DNA of 64,000 nt from Rotaria socialis. Taxonomy: Eukaryota. The translations under genes and the position numbers were made by a program. The stretch spans positions 186,001-250,000 of the forward strand of contig CAJNYD010000020.1 in the NCBI GenBank assembly GCA_905331295.1. Reading direction: 5' to 3'. Below are positions 38,312-51,200 of the stretch, piece after piece. The notes beneath the pieces were generated by a model. That model searched no databases. It saw only the letters and a program-made list of their open reading frames with translations, and was not told the origin of the DNA. The first letter of the stretch is position 1. Each line of letters begins with the position of its first letter.

Positions 38312-41300
38312 ATGGCAACTACTCATTATATAAGAGACACGTTATCAGATGCTATGAGTCGACTTCGTGCTGGTGGTAATCAAAGTACAGCGAAAAATGA
38401 TGAAACTAATGATACGCGTCATCTTTCACTTGATACATCGAATATAGCAAAGGTATTAGTTATCGGTGAAACAGGCAGTGGTAAATCGACATTTATTAAT
38501 TACTTAACGAATTATTTTCGTGGTGGTTCATTACAAAATATTAAAGTTGCTATACCATCAAAATATCGACCAGTAATTACAGAGCAATTTGCACATTGTG
38601 AAAATAATATAAAAGATACAACGCAATCAAAAACTGATATGTGTAATCAATACATATTTATTGATCATGCGAGTCCTTCTCAAAGACAATATCTATTTCT
38701 TGATACACCTGGTCTATCGGATACACGTGGAGCTGAACAAGACAATATTAATATGAACAAAATTGTCGATGGTGTAAGTGTTTACTGGAATAAATAGGAT
38801 ACTACGATTTTACGATTCTTTTTTTTTCTATAGGTCGAATCACTAGGTGGTCTATCAGCAGTCATCATAGTTGTCAATGGTACAACAGGACGTCTTACAT
38901 TGAATCTTCGAAATGTTATTGCACGTCTTCGCGGCAATCTACCTGATGTTGTTATGGATAATGTTATTGTTGTTTTGACTAATGCAAAACGTCATGAAGC
39001 TAATTTTAATATATCATCTCTTCAATTACATGGTACTGTTTATCCATACTATATGCAAAATTCAGCTTTTTCTCAAGATTCCAACGCATGGGATCAAGCA
39101 GCACTTGATGCATTACAATTTGATTGGGATGCATCAATGGATGAAATGAAACGAATGATTGAAACAATTGATACATTTAAAACAAAATCTGTTACAGCAT
39201 TCAAAGATATGAAAGATATACGTAATGCAATAAAAGCGCTCATGCATGAAGCACGATTAGAAGTTTCACAAATACAAAAAATGCAAGATGAATTAGCTGC
39301 ATTTGAGCATGCACTTAAACAATACAAGACAGATGAAGTAACATATAAAGATTATACGCGTGAGCGTGTTGTTGAAACAAAAGAATTAGTCGATACAAAG
39401 TATCATTCAAGTAAGTACATATATATAGTTAAGTAATTTATTTGGTAGCAGTCTAGAACGTCCATGCAAAAATGTCCTTTACGAAATGTCCCTGGGATTT
39501 GGTCCCTGGAAAAAGTCCTTTAGGCAAAATGTCCTTGGTAAAAAAAATGTCTTCGGAAAATGGTCCTTTCTGATATAGTCTTTCGAAAAACTGTCCCCCA
39601 TAGTCAAAATGTCCTTTCAGTAAAATAGAAGCAATGGTAGTCAATAATGTTAGAAATGCAGTTTAGTTTATTATAACGGATTAAATTTCATCCTATTTTT
39701 CATTCGCGACAAAAAAGAAAGTCCATGTAATAGATCTCGCAGTTTAATCTGGGTATTGTTGAACCGATCATATAATTCTTTGATTCGTTGTTCAGCAATT
39801 CTGAATTTTGATAGTTGCGTGTGCATGCGAGGGTATTGGCTGCTCAACTTTTTAAATCTGGCGTAAGATCTTGAACACTAGATAAGATCATACAAAAAAA
39901 AATCGTTGTTTATGGAAGCTTCCATCAGTTCGTACCATCAGATTCTTGAAAGATCTTGCTGTATTGTAAGATATGACTACAAGATTTTAGGAAATCTTAT
40001 GCAGTATTAAGATCTTTCACGAATATTATGGTACGTGCCGATCTAAAATTTCTGAGACGACGACTTTTTGCTTGATCTTACAAGATCATACAAGATCATA
40101 ATTTTGACAGGTCTTAGTATATGATTGTTCGCCTGGGTGTTGAGTGTGGATACGAGATGTGAGTGTGCAGTGTAACTGTGAACAAGAATATAGCAATACC
40201 AGACCCACAACCACACCCCACACTTCCTCTTCACGATGAATACGGATACGACATATCAATTTCAATTTTGAGCAATTTCAATTTTTAGAGTTCGTCGAAA
40301 TTTGTTGGAATAGGAATTGGTGCATCTCGAGCGACGAAGGACATTTTCATACAAAGGACCATTTCCCAAGGGCATTTTTTCAAGGACTAAATTTCAGGGA
40401 CACTTTTTCCGAGGACCAAATCCCAGGAACATTTTTTACAAGAACATTCTAACCTGTATTCATTTATTTTACACATTTTAAATAGTAATATTAATAAAAT
40501 GAAATAAAACTCTCATATATTGATATCTTAATATTCTATATATCCTACTTATTTTCATAATAGCTGTGTGCCGAAAATGTGATCATGTTTGTCATGATAA
40601 ATGTGGTCTTAATGAAACAACAACACACGGCAATCGTATATTTCAACGATGTTGGGCTATGTCACCTGAAGGTCAATGTTATATATGTCCAAGTCATTGT
40701 CTCTATACCGAACATTATCATGCACGTAAAACAATGAAAGTGAAACAACAAAAATTACAAGATGTGCTTCATGATATCAAAGCAAAATATGATTTAGCAT
40801 CACGTAATAAAACAGATTTTCAATCACGTATAACAACAACACATGAAGCAAAGAAGATGTTAGAACGTGCATTAAAACAAAAACTAGAGGAAATCAAACA
40901 TAAATGTGCTGAATTACGACGTATATGTAGTGGTTTTAATTTAGCTCAAGAATTATATGCACTTATTGATCAACTTAAAGCTGAAGCAATGATGTTACGA
41001 AATATTGAAGCTAAACAACAAGCTGAAGAGTTTATTCGTAGTTTAACTGAATTTTGTCGACAATTAGAAACGGATCAACTTGCAAATCAAGCTCTGCCAC
41101 CAATGCGTCTTGTTGATACATATACGTCAAAGCCGTTTCGTTCATCAACAACAGCATCTAGTACAATACCAGCAACTTCATTGGCAACATCATCTTCAGA
41201 AAATACACCAAATTTAAATACGAGTGTACTTGATTTGATAACTAGATTGAATAAATCTAAAAAAGCAATGCCATCAACATCTGAAGAAGACGATGATAAT

Positions 41301-41320
41301 CATGATCATGAACAAATTGG

Positions 41321-41353
<33 letters not shown>

Positions 41354-42926
41354 AAATACACGTGAAATGCCGCCTACATCAGCACGTTCAACACGCCATC
41401 TTCATCATCACACAGATAACGATGACGACGAAATTGGCTCAATAAATGATCGTCGAAAACGACGTCAACTATCAACTAATAATAATCATAACAATACTTC
41501 TTTACAACAACAATATGCATCATTGACTACAACAGAACTTGTTCATCGATATACGGATTGTAAAGATGCACGAAAGTCCAATGCAATTCTAACTGAACTT
41601 AATCGTCGTTCACAAGGAAAATCAACTGGTCCACTTGTTTCGTCAACTGAAATTGGTACATTTGCACGATATACACAATTATACAGTACACAAGATGCGC
41701 CAACATTAAGTCATTTATATTTACAACTTCAACAAAGAATTTCAAATATGACTGAACCAGATATACTTAATATTAGTCGTGTACCAAGTGATCTTTTACT
41801 TGAAATTTCTGCTCTTTATACTCTTATTGCACAAAAAAATCAACAACAACAACAAGGACAAAATTTTGATGGAAATTTCGCTAACGAATCAGCATTTGAA
41901 CGACCACCTGATCATATTGCATCATCAATGATGATGAAAATGTCGACACAACCTTCTCAAACATCTATGGGATATATGTCATCTCCTTTAAGTCATCATC
42001 CAGGTGGAGCAATAATAACAACATCAACACCGAATACGTTTTTTAAACCTATTCAACCAACAAATCTGAACAACGGCAATCCTCAGCCAACTTCTCCACA
42101 AACACCACTCTTTTCTGTACCAACTTCGACACCTTCGCCTCAACAACAATCTTCTCTTGGATTTTCAGGTTTTACAGGTATGATCATTATATTTAGTTTG
42201 TTTGTCGAATTATATAATTACTGAAATACCTACCGACCTATAGGATATCATACGAGTAGTGCTGATGGTAATATTTCATCACAATTTCAATTTCAAAACC
42301 CTCCACCACCATTTGTTCCATCCACTTCGTCCTCCTCCTCCTCATCATCATCAACAACAACTGCCATGCCAATTTCAACAACAATACGATCTGATAGATC
42401 AGTAACGGACTCACCATTTACATTCATATCTCCATCATCATCATCAGGTCCTATTGAATCAACTTTTGCATTTGTTACACCTACAGCAACTGCAACAACA
42501 ACAACGAATAAAGATGAATATACTATGATAAATTTAGCACCTCTACCAAATATAATGACAGATGATGATTTAACTAATCCGACTATATTATCAAATGTTG
42601 ATATAACAAATTTGTTAACTTTATATAATGATGCGAAATTATCGAATAAAAATGCACAATTATTTGCTATTTATCATGAACTAGAACGTCGTTGCACTGG
42701 TGCTAATTGTAATCAATTGATAAAAGATTATTCAGCTGTTTATGAAACAAAATTAAATGAACATGCACATAAAACAGTATCGGAGTTGAAACAAACTTAT
42801 GCCAATATACAGCAACAAATACGCATACGAACAAATAATGATGCAACGCGTATTAATGATGTACCTAAAGAATTACTCATTGAATCGGCAGCACTTTTAG
42901 CAACTATTAAACAAAAAGACATTTAA
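38312..42926 (+). CDS. P-loop GTPase paralogue, copy 2, with two copies of the C-terminal domain; exons 38312-38773, 38834-39410, 40564-42177, 42244-42926
   Basis: IGETGSGKSTFINYLTNYF, FLDTPG, VLTNA, YMQNSAFS and CRKCDHVCHDKC...CYICPSHCLYTEHYH. Splice phases are consistent across all junctions. Confidence 0.82.
39444..40461. mobile_element. Foldback/MULE-like non-autonomous DNA element in a GTPase intron
   Basis: Imperfect long terminal inverted repeats built from aaatgtcc/ggacattt subrepeats (39453-39620 vs 40335-40452), flanked by ATTTATTT at 39436-39443 and 40462-40469. An internal aagatc-rich block lies at ~39865-40137. Confidence 0.7.
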
Positions 42927-44071
42927 TATATATTTTACTAACTATAGATATATCTTGATTATTTGGTTCTATTCTATGATAATTATCAGTTTATTTTGTG
43001 TGAATATTGGTCCTTTCTTTTCTCTTATTATTCTTTTTTTATAAAATTATCATTTTTCTTTAGAAATAACAAATAATCATATCTATTCTATATTTACATA
43101 AATAAACTTCAAAATCTATATCAAGTTCATCCTCCATGGTGATTCAGTTTCATTAAAACGAGGAAAATCACTTGAGACGGTATATTTCATAAACAGTTGG
43201 ATTTATTCTATTCGGCATCTTTACTTTTTCTAAAAGTTTCCGATGATTTTCATTCTCTTCTCTTTAAAAGCGTATTTTCATATTTTCTTTTTGATGCCAC
43301 GTCCCGAAGCTCTAGAATAAAAAACTCCATTATAGTCGACTGCTTTCCTTTTCTTTTCTTTTTTTTTATAAAGAATGTGAAGCTACAATGCCTGACAGAG
43401 CCTATTTTTTTAAGAATTAAGCCTTTTTATTATGAATAAAAATGCACGTCAGTAAGTTGATGACGGCATTTTGAAATTTTTTCTTGGTATCGGTATTTTC
43501 ATTGTTTCAATCAGCGTAAGAAATAAAACTTTGTCAAATGTTAAACTTCATTATAGTCGTTCAAAAATATAAATAATTCAAACATTTAATATGAAAAATT
43601 GTAGAAAATACAAGATTATTCAAATACAGTATTTTGCTTATTTTTTACAAGAGTGCCTCTCAAGAACATCATGATGTAGAGCTGAAAATTACATAGGAAA
43701 CATGAGTACAGTTTCCGTGTAAAACAAGAAAATAAAATTCAAAAACATAGCTTTACAAGTAACATAAATTCAAATATTTCATTATCAGTTTCATATTTAC
43801 TCTCTTAAAATCGATATTTTTTTGAATCATAAAAATATTTTTGTTAGCACTCATTAATTAGAATAAAATATAAGTAAAAATAAATCATGTTTACTAATTA
43901 CCAACCATACGATAGTTAACATTAAAATAGTGCAATAAATATTAGTGTTAAAATGTTATAATTATAATTATTATTATTTTGTATATTTTTCAATATCACC
44001 AGAAATAATATTTATAGGAGAACAAAATAAAGCAAACAGAAAAAAAAGAGACATGATCTATAAACATATTG

Positions 44072-47000
44072 TCAATGATAAAGATTTCTTGTTAATCTCG
44101 TCCTCTGTAATTCCTGAGTGCGTCTTTCTCGTCGTGCTATGGGTGTTTCGCCTAATTTCAATAATTGTTGCTGTGATCCAGCATTTGTTGGGCTCAATGA
44201 GCTGTTTAACAAAGCACTATTAGTAGCAGTAGTTGGATCTATGAATAAAACTATTTGTTTTTATTGAAATCTATTGAAATATTTTATTTTACCTGCTAAC
44301 GATAGTAAACTACTAGCTTGTGCTATAGGTGGTAAAATTAAACGTTGTTCCAGTTGACGATGTTGAACCATTGATCTACATAAGAAATGTCATTTAAGTA
44401 AAATCTCAGTAAGTAAAATAATAAAAGCAAGCAAGTGTATATGTGTAAAGCAATGAAATATGGTATAACATCAATGATCAGCTATTTGATACCTCGGTAC
44501 ATTTGTGTGAGGCGGCGAAAGATTAAGACGTCGAAGAGGTAATTCACTGTTTATTGAGATTAATTCAGGTTATTTTATTATCATAAAGAAAAATTGAATA
44601 GAATAGAAAAAAATAATACATACTGTCGAAGTGATAAGCCTTTTCCAGCTGTTGATGATGAAGCAATAGATCGGTGTTGTAGTGGATTCTGTGGCAGTTG
44701 ATTTCCAATACTGAATGATGTATCGATTGGTGTTGTTGACATTGCTATTGAATTTTCGCTGATACTTGTTGATGCTAAACAATCACGAACAAGTGTTTTC
44801 GATGTTGAACTTAATCGTTCAGCCTGAAGTATTTCACGCAATACAGCTCGTAATCTTGCGATCTAGATAAATAAATTTCAAGAAAAAAGTTGTTTATTAT
44901 TAAAAGCACCCATAAGAAAAATAAAGCAATTCTTCAAGCAAAGAAAATCGTAATAGAAAAATTACTTCAAGTACTTGTTGTCGTTGTTTGTCATAATAAG
45001 TTTGCATTAAATGTTGATAGTCAGCATCATTCATTGATGCCTGTTCTGGATTACTGATTGTATTATCATTAGTATTAATAGAATGCGTTATGTTTATCTC
45101 AGATGATATACTTCGATTGAAAAAAAGAAGAAGAAAAATTATTTTTATTTATAGACAATATGATTAGCATTTTCTATAGATTGTCTCTATTGCATGGGTA
45201 ATAAAAAAAAGTTCGTGAAGGGCGATTCTGATTCCCTGACGAAAAGTGCAAACTTTACCCACAAGCTGGATAAGACACTCGATAGCAACTGATAAGAATG
45301 TCAACATACAATCGTCTTACGTTTTACTAGAAGCAGACTAAAAAACTTGACCATTAATATCTTTTTTTATTCTTCTATGATTGAATGGTGTTAAACGAGC
45401 GATCATGTTGCATAGTAAATATGAGAACTTCAAGTTTTTAATTTGTAGATTGACTGAATTTTGCATACTATCAAAAGTGAACTGTTTATCTTAATGTTTA
45501 TACAGGATCAAACATGTGCTGTAGAACAGCTGACTTGATCTGGAAAAAGATTAAAGATAAACATTTCATTTTGCTGAGAGTACAAGTGACAAGTGTTGTC
45601 AATCTGAAAAGAATTAATTTTTATATTGAATTTATCAAAGACAAAATAATAATTTAACTAATTATTATCTGGCATATCTGCAAATGATAGATCGTTTCAG
45701 ACTATTTAATCTTCCTAGTGTTATTTTTGAGGGGACAACATGAAGACTGTTGTGATCTATCTTACAAACTATTTCAAAGTGAAATATAAGACGACGATAG
45801 ATCTACGAGGTTATTCGAGTAGTATCCTTTTATTTTGCTTGAATTACTTTGGATCTGGTAGTAAAACTGGTACAATAGATGAAGATGCCTGCGGTATTTG
45901 AAACGATGATGCTTGATTTAATTCATCGATAGTACGCATTAAATATTCATTCTTTTGTTCAGTTTCGATTAATCGTGTTTGAAGTTCATTAATTTGTTGT
46001 TCAAAATGAATACGTTGCACTTCTTGTAGACGTTTTTCTGATTTAAAATAAATAAATAATATTAAATTGGTTTGAAGATAAAGCTTTGGAAAAAAAACTC
46101 AATCGAGTGAAAAAAAGCACAGTGAAATACAAGCAACGCATTGGAAATGCAACTGCAAAATTCTCCTTTCGTTTCCTACCACCAGACTGAACTATGATTG
46201 TTTCTATAATTGAAAATTACTGATTTTCAAATTTCTGATCGGCATAAATACAAAATAAAAAGAATTCTAATCTCTTTTACTTCATACCAAGCACAGGTTC
46301 ACTTTGTGTTAGGTCATTGATTTGCTGAGTATTGGGCGCAATACTAGATTTCCGTTGTTTGCTTCGTGATGATGTTGATGATGGACGAATATCGATCATA
46401 CGAAAATGAAGATCTAAGTAAGTTTTCTTTTTATAATTATCTATAAGTACGATAGCGATAAAGTTACCTCGATTTTCTTGTTGAAGTCGAGCAATTTCAT
46501 TGTGTAAATCATTCAAAGTGATTTCATGTTGATGTTGAACATAACGAAGGTTTCGCTCAAGCAGTTCAACACGTGAACGCGGATCGACGGTGGGTGTCGG
46601 TGAAGGCGTTGTTGATGATGATTTAATTGTTGCTTCATCGCTTATGTGTACCAAAGATGAATTTTTTCTTATAACAATACGAGACGCAACCGGAGCCGGG
46701 AAACGACGTGCTGTTGGTTTTGACATATCACCATCACTGTCGCCAGGTGACTGAAGTGCATGATGATGAAGCGCTGATACACGCTCATCGACAAGCGATT
46801 GTCGAATCATCTAATGATAAATCATTAAAATATCAATAAAATAAACTTAAGTCTAAAGTAAACAAATTCAATGTAACGTAAATTAACTGACAGAACAACC
46901 ATAAACTGTTGAGCGTACCATGGAAATCGTAGAGAATATGGACGAAGAAAAGATGGCGCTGGTTTCTATAAAAGATTGATAAAAAAAATCCTGGAATTCT

Positions 47001-48000
47001 TATCGGAAACTTTTTGCAATCGTATACAACGATTATCTTCATAAATAAAAACAAAATATAATGATAAAATTAGTATGTCTGTACTCGAATGTTTATATTT
47101 TGAAGGTTTTCTCAATTGTGCTCATGGCATTCAGTAAACATTCAGCAATTGTATTGTGTTTGTAGTTTTAAACTTAAGACTTTTTGCAAAGGCTTTTACG
47201 ACAAGAAAACCTCCTGAAACAAGCCAACATGAACTATCATACTATTCCTTATTTGCAACTATTGTTATTCAATTGATCATGGTCATAAGTGAGAAAATAC
47301 GATAGTGCCGTATTATGAATGATTTATTCGGCTTTTACTAGATAGTATAGAATTACTGAAAATTTAGATGAACAACTTTCGAGGTAGGAAAAAACATACC
47401 TGCCGACATATCAATTTTTAATTAAAATGCACTTCTCTTTGCAGACGTTCAGCAATTGATACTTCTTGAACTTAGGTCTGACGAGCTTCGTTCTACGATA
47501 ACTTGTATCTATGAATGCATTTTTAGATTAAAATGTGATCATTTAGCTGCCCAACAATTCTAAGTACATCATAAAACATAACTTAAGAAGAGAAGATACG
47601 GGAGCAGAATAAAAAAAAGCACTTTTTCATTACTCATCATGATCGTTCGAATGACAGTAGTTTCAAGTAAAACAGCAATGGGATAATGATGAGCGCTTGC
47701 TCTTTGGCATAAAAGTTACTTCTGTTGGGCAGAATCTTGCATTAACAACAAGAGCCTTATCAACTACTCGTCATTCCATTCAAATATATCTGTTGATATC
47801 TCAAATAATATTATTTAAAAAATATTCTATTTGTTTATTTGATTTATATTTTCCATTATATGGTCAAAACAGCTGCTTTCGAAGAAATGAAAAATAGATA
47901 ATAGAGCAAAATGCTTACAGTTTACTTGTGTATTTTCATCATCGAATGAACCGCTGCCACCGTCGCTGATAGAATTTTCAGATGATGATGTTTGTCTCAT
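44072..48000 (-). CDS. CCDC74/CCDC92-family coiled-coil protein (multi-exon; first exon ~48000-47930 inferred)
   Basis: RVELLERNLRYVQHQHEITLNDLHNEIARLQQENRDLHF resembles the CCDC92/74 N-terminal coil. The last exons give LILPPI...IARRERRTQELQRTRL*, like the CCDC74 C-terminus. Confidence 0.65.
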
Positions 48001-48251
48001 GATTAACCAGCATCTCTATTTATATGTGATTGTCGCTAATTACTTACAACACAATGTTGGTTCAAAATAACGCATTCCTATTCATTATTTATTTATATGC
48101 TACTATTGGTAACTAACGACAACTATTGATGAATGTGTTTTCCTTCATGTTTCTGATTGGTTTCATATGTGATAAAAGAAAATAAAAACAGAAATTACGT
48201 TCGTCTACCCTACATTCAAATTTAACGTTCTATTTGCTAACATAGAGACAA

Positions 48252-51200
48252 ATGCTGAAATCTGAAGTAATTGTTGTATCTGGTCCGTCAACATCATCAC
48301 GTCGTAGGTCGCCATCTGATTCTCCTCGACAGGATAAATCGTCGAAAAGATCTCGTCGAACACCAACCCCATCATCACAATCAGATGATGATGATCGACG
48401 AAGTCACAGTGATGATGATGAAGAAGAAGAAGGCGAAGTACGATCTAAACAAACTTTGAATGATCCTCCAGTTCAAGCAAAACCTGTTGCTCCTGTTACA
48501 GCACCGCGTACTGGTGGTCTATATTTGCCTCCAGCAAAGCTACGTCTTCTACAAGTAAGATTATTTTGAATTCTTTTATTAGATTTATTTATTTTATTAT
48601 AATTATTAGGGATCATTAACAGATAAATCAAGCCCTGAATATCAACGTCTAGCTTGGGAAGCTTTGAAAAAAACACTTAATGGTCGTGTTAATAAAGTCA
48701 ATACAGCCAATTTGGCATTGATTATTCGGGAATTATTCAAAGATAATATCGTACGTGGTCGAGGTTTATTAGCTCGTGGCATTATTCAAGCGCAAGCGGC
48801 ATCTCCATTTTATACATCGGTGTATGCTGCATTAGTATCAGTTGTAAATACAAAATTCCCGCAAATCGGTGAATTAATCGTGAAACGTTTGATTTCATCA
48901 TTTCGTCGAACATATCAACGAAATGACAAAAACAATTGTTTAGCAGCAACAAAATTCATCGCACATCTCGTCAATCAAAATATTGTATGCATCTTTGTAA
49001 ATGATTAAATTATTTCACTGTTTTTTTTCTCTCTCTATTCAGCTTCATGAAATAGTTGCATTACAAATGCTTGTTCTTTTACTGGAAAATCCATCCGACG
49101 ATAGTGTGGAATTAGCTATCGGCTTTTTAAAAGAATGTGGACAGAAATTATCTCAAGTTAGTCCACGAGGATTAGATTCAGTGTTTTCCACATTAAGAAA
49201 TCTTCTTCACGAATCATCGCTTGATAAACGTACACAATACATGATTGAAGTGTTATTTGCAGTCCGCAAAGATCAATTTAAGGCTAATCCTGCTGTTCCA
49301 ACTGGTCTTGATTTGGTCGAAGAAAGTGATCAATATACTCATATGCTCACATTAGATGATCCCTGTGAACCTGAGCCAATGCTTGGTATGATTTAATACT
49401 TTTGAATGAAAATGAAAATAAGCTTGTTTATTTTAGATGTATTTAAATACGATGATGAATATGAGGAAAATGAACGAAAGTACAAAGAAATTCGAAAAAC
49501 GATTCTGAACGAAAGTAGTGACGATGAAGATGAAAGCTCAGGTTCATCTGATAGCGACGACGACGATGATGATGATGGCAAAAAAGATGTTGATGAAGAA
49601 GAGCAAGGAGCTGGTGCGACACAAAGTAAATAGAAGTTTATGATATTTTTCGTTGGAGATTTAAGATGAAATAATCCATTGTTGGATAAATACTTTAGAT
49701 AGAAGTCTAGAAATCTATCCAATTCATATCAGTTTGTTTTATTGAATTAGAATAGTTGTTTTTTGGATGAGATGTAACTACTTAAAAAAAAAAGAAAACC
49801 GCTAATTATTCATTCGGTATCTCTCTCAAACTTTATGATAATTTTATTTGAAGTTGCTTGAACAGCTAGGTTGCGTTTCAGTTTACATCTATTGTTATGA
49901 TTAGTCAGAGTGGTCTTCAGTTTGGGACTATACTTAATCAGCGGTGCATGGAAACTTTCATAGTAAGATGTGTTCGCAGAAAGTAGCCTATTCCGATTAT
50001 AAATTCTTTTTCAATTTGTAATCATACAAAATAAATATTCTATTGATTTCAAACGATTATTTTTTCAGCCAAACAAGACACCATTATTGATCAAACAGAA
50101 ACAAATTTGGTAGCACTTCGGCGTACAATATATTTAACGATTCAATCGAGTATTGGTGCTGAAGAATGTGCACATAAATTACTGAAAATGAATTTACGTC
50201 CTGGTCAAGAAGTAAGTTTTCTTTTCTTTTGAAACTATTCAATTAAAACCAATTTCTTAGATGGAATTATGTCAAATGATTCTCGACAGCTGTGCACAAC
50301 AACGAACATATGAACGATTTTTTGGTCTACTTGCGCAACGTTTTTGTCTATTGAAGAAGGAATATATTGAATGTTTCGAAAAAGTGTTTCAAGACCAATA
50401 TGAAATAGTGCATCGTCTTGAAAATGTCAAATTAAGAAATGTAGCTAAATTTTTCGCTCATTTACTCGTCACTGATGCTATTTCATGGGGTGTATGTATA
50501 TTCTTCTATTGTTTTTTTATATAATACGTTTCTTTTTTTTTCTAGGTTCTTCGTTGTATTATTTTAACAGAAGAAGATACCACCTCGTCGTCGCGTGTTT
50601 ATATCAAGAATTTGTTTCTAGAATTAGCGGAATTCCTTGGTTTAACCAAACTTAATAATCGTTTAACGGATCCGTATGTTATTGAAAAATCAAAATAGAA
50701 TAATCAATTTTTGTTTTATTGTAGAACACTAGCAGAGTACTTTGATGGTTTATTTCCACGAGACAATCCAAAAAATACTCGATTTTCAATAAACTTCTTC
50801 ACATCGATTGGTCTTGGTGGTCTAACGTAAGTAGTTTTTCGTTATGTGGATATCAAATAATCGTTTATTTGTATTTTATTTTAGTGATGATCTTCGAGAA
50901 TTTTTACGAACAAATCCGCCACCAGCTACATCAGTAGAACCTGCCGTACCTGTTAAACCTGAAATAAAAGAAGACGAAGAAGATTTTAAAGATCATGAAC
51001 GTATGCAAGCTCGTCTTCGTGAACTTCAAATGAAAGAAGAAAAAACAAAAAAGAAGAAAGAAGATAAAAAAACAAAAAAACGTATGATTTCTTGTTTATA
51101 GATTGTAGTAGAATTGAAGTCGGAGAACGGATTAACAATACACGGAATAATTTGGTTAAGTAGCTTTTATCGTTTCGATCAAGCCTCCTAATGGGATGGG

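Noticed and set aside
39453..39644. Periodic short repeats resembling a CRISPR array or coding repeat
   Set aside because: There are no unique spacers of constant length. They are TIR subrepeats of a DNA transposon in a eukaryotic intron.
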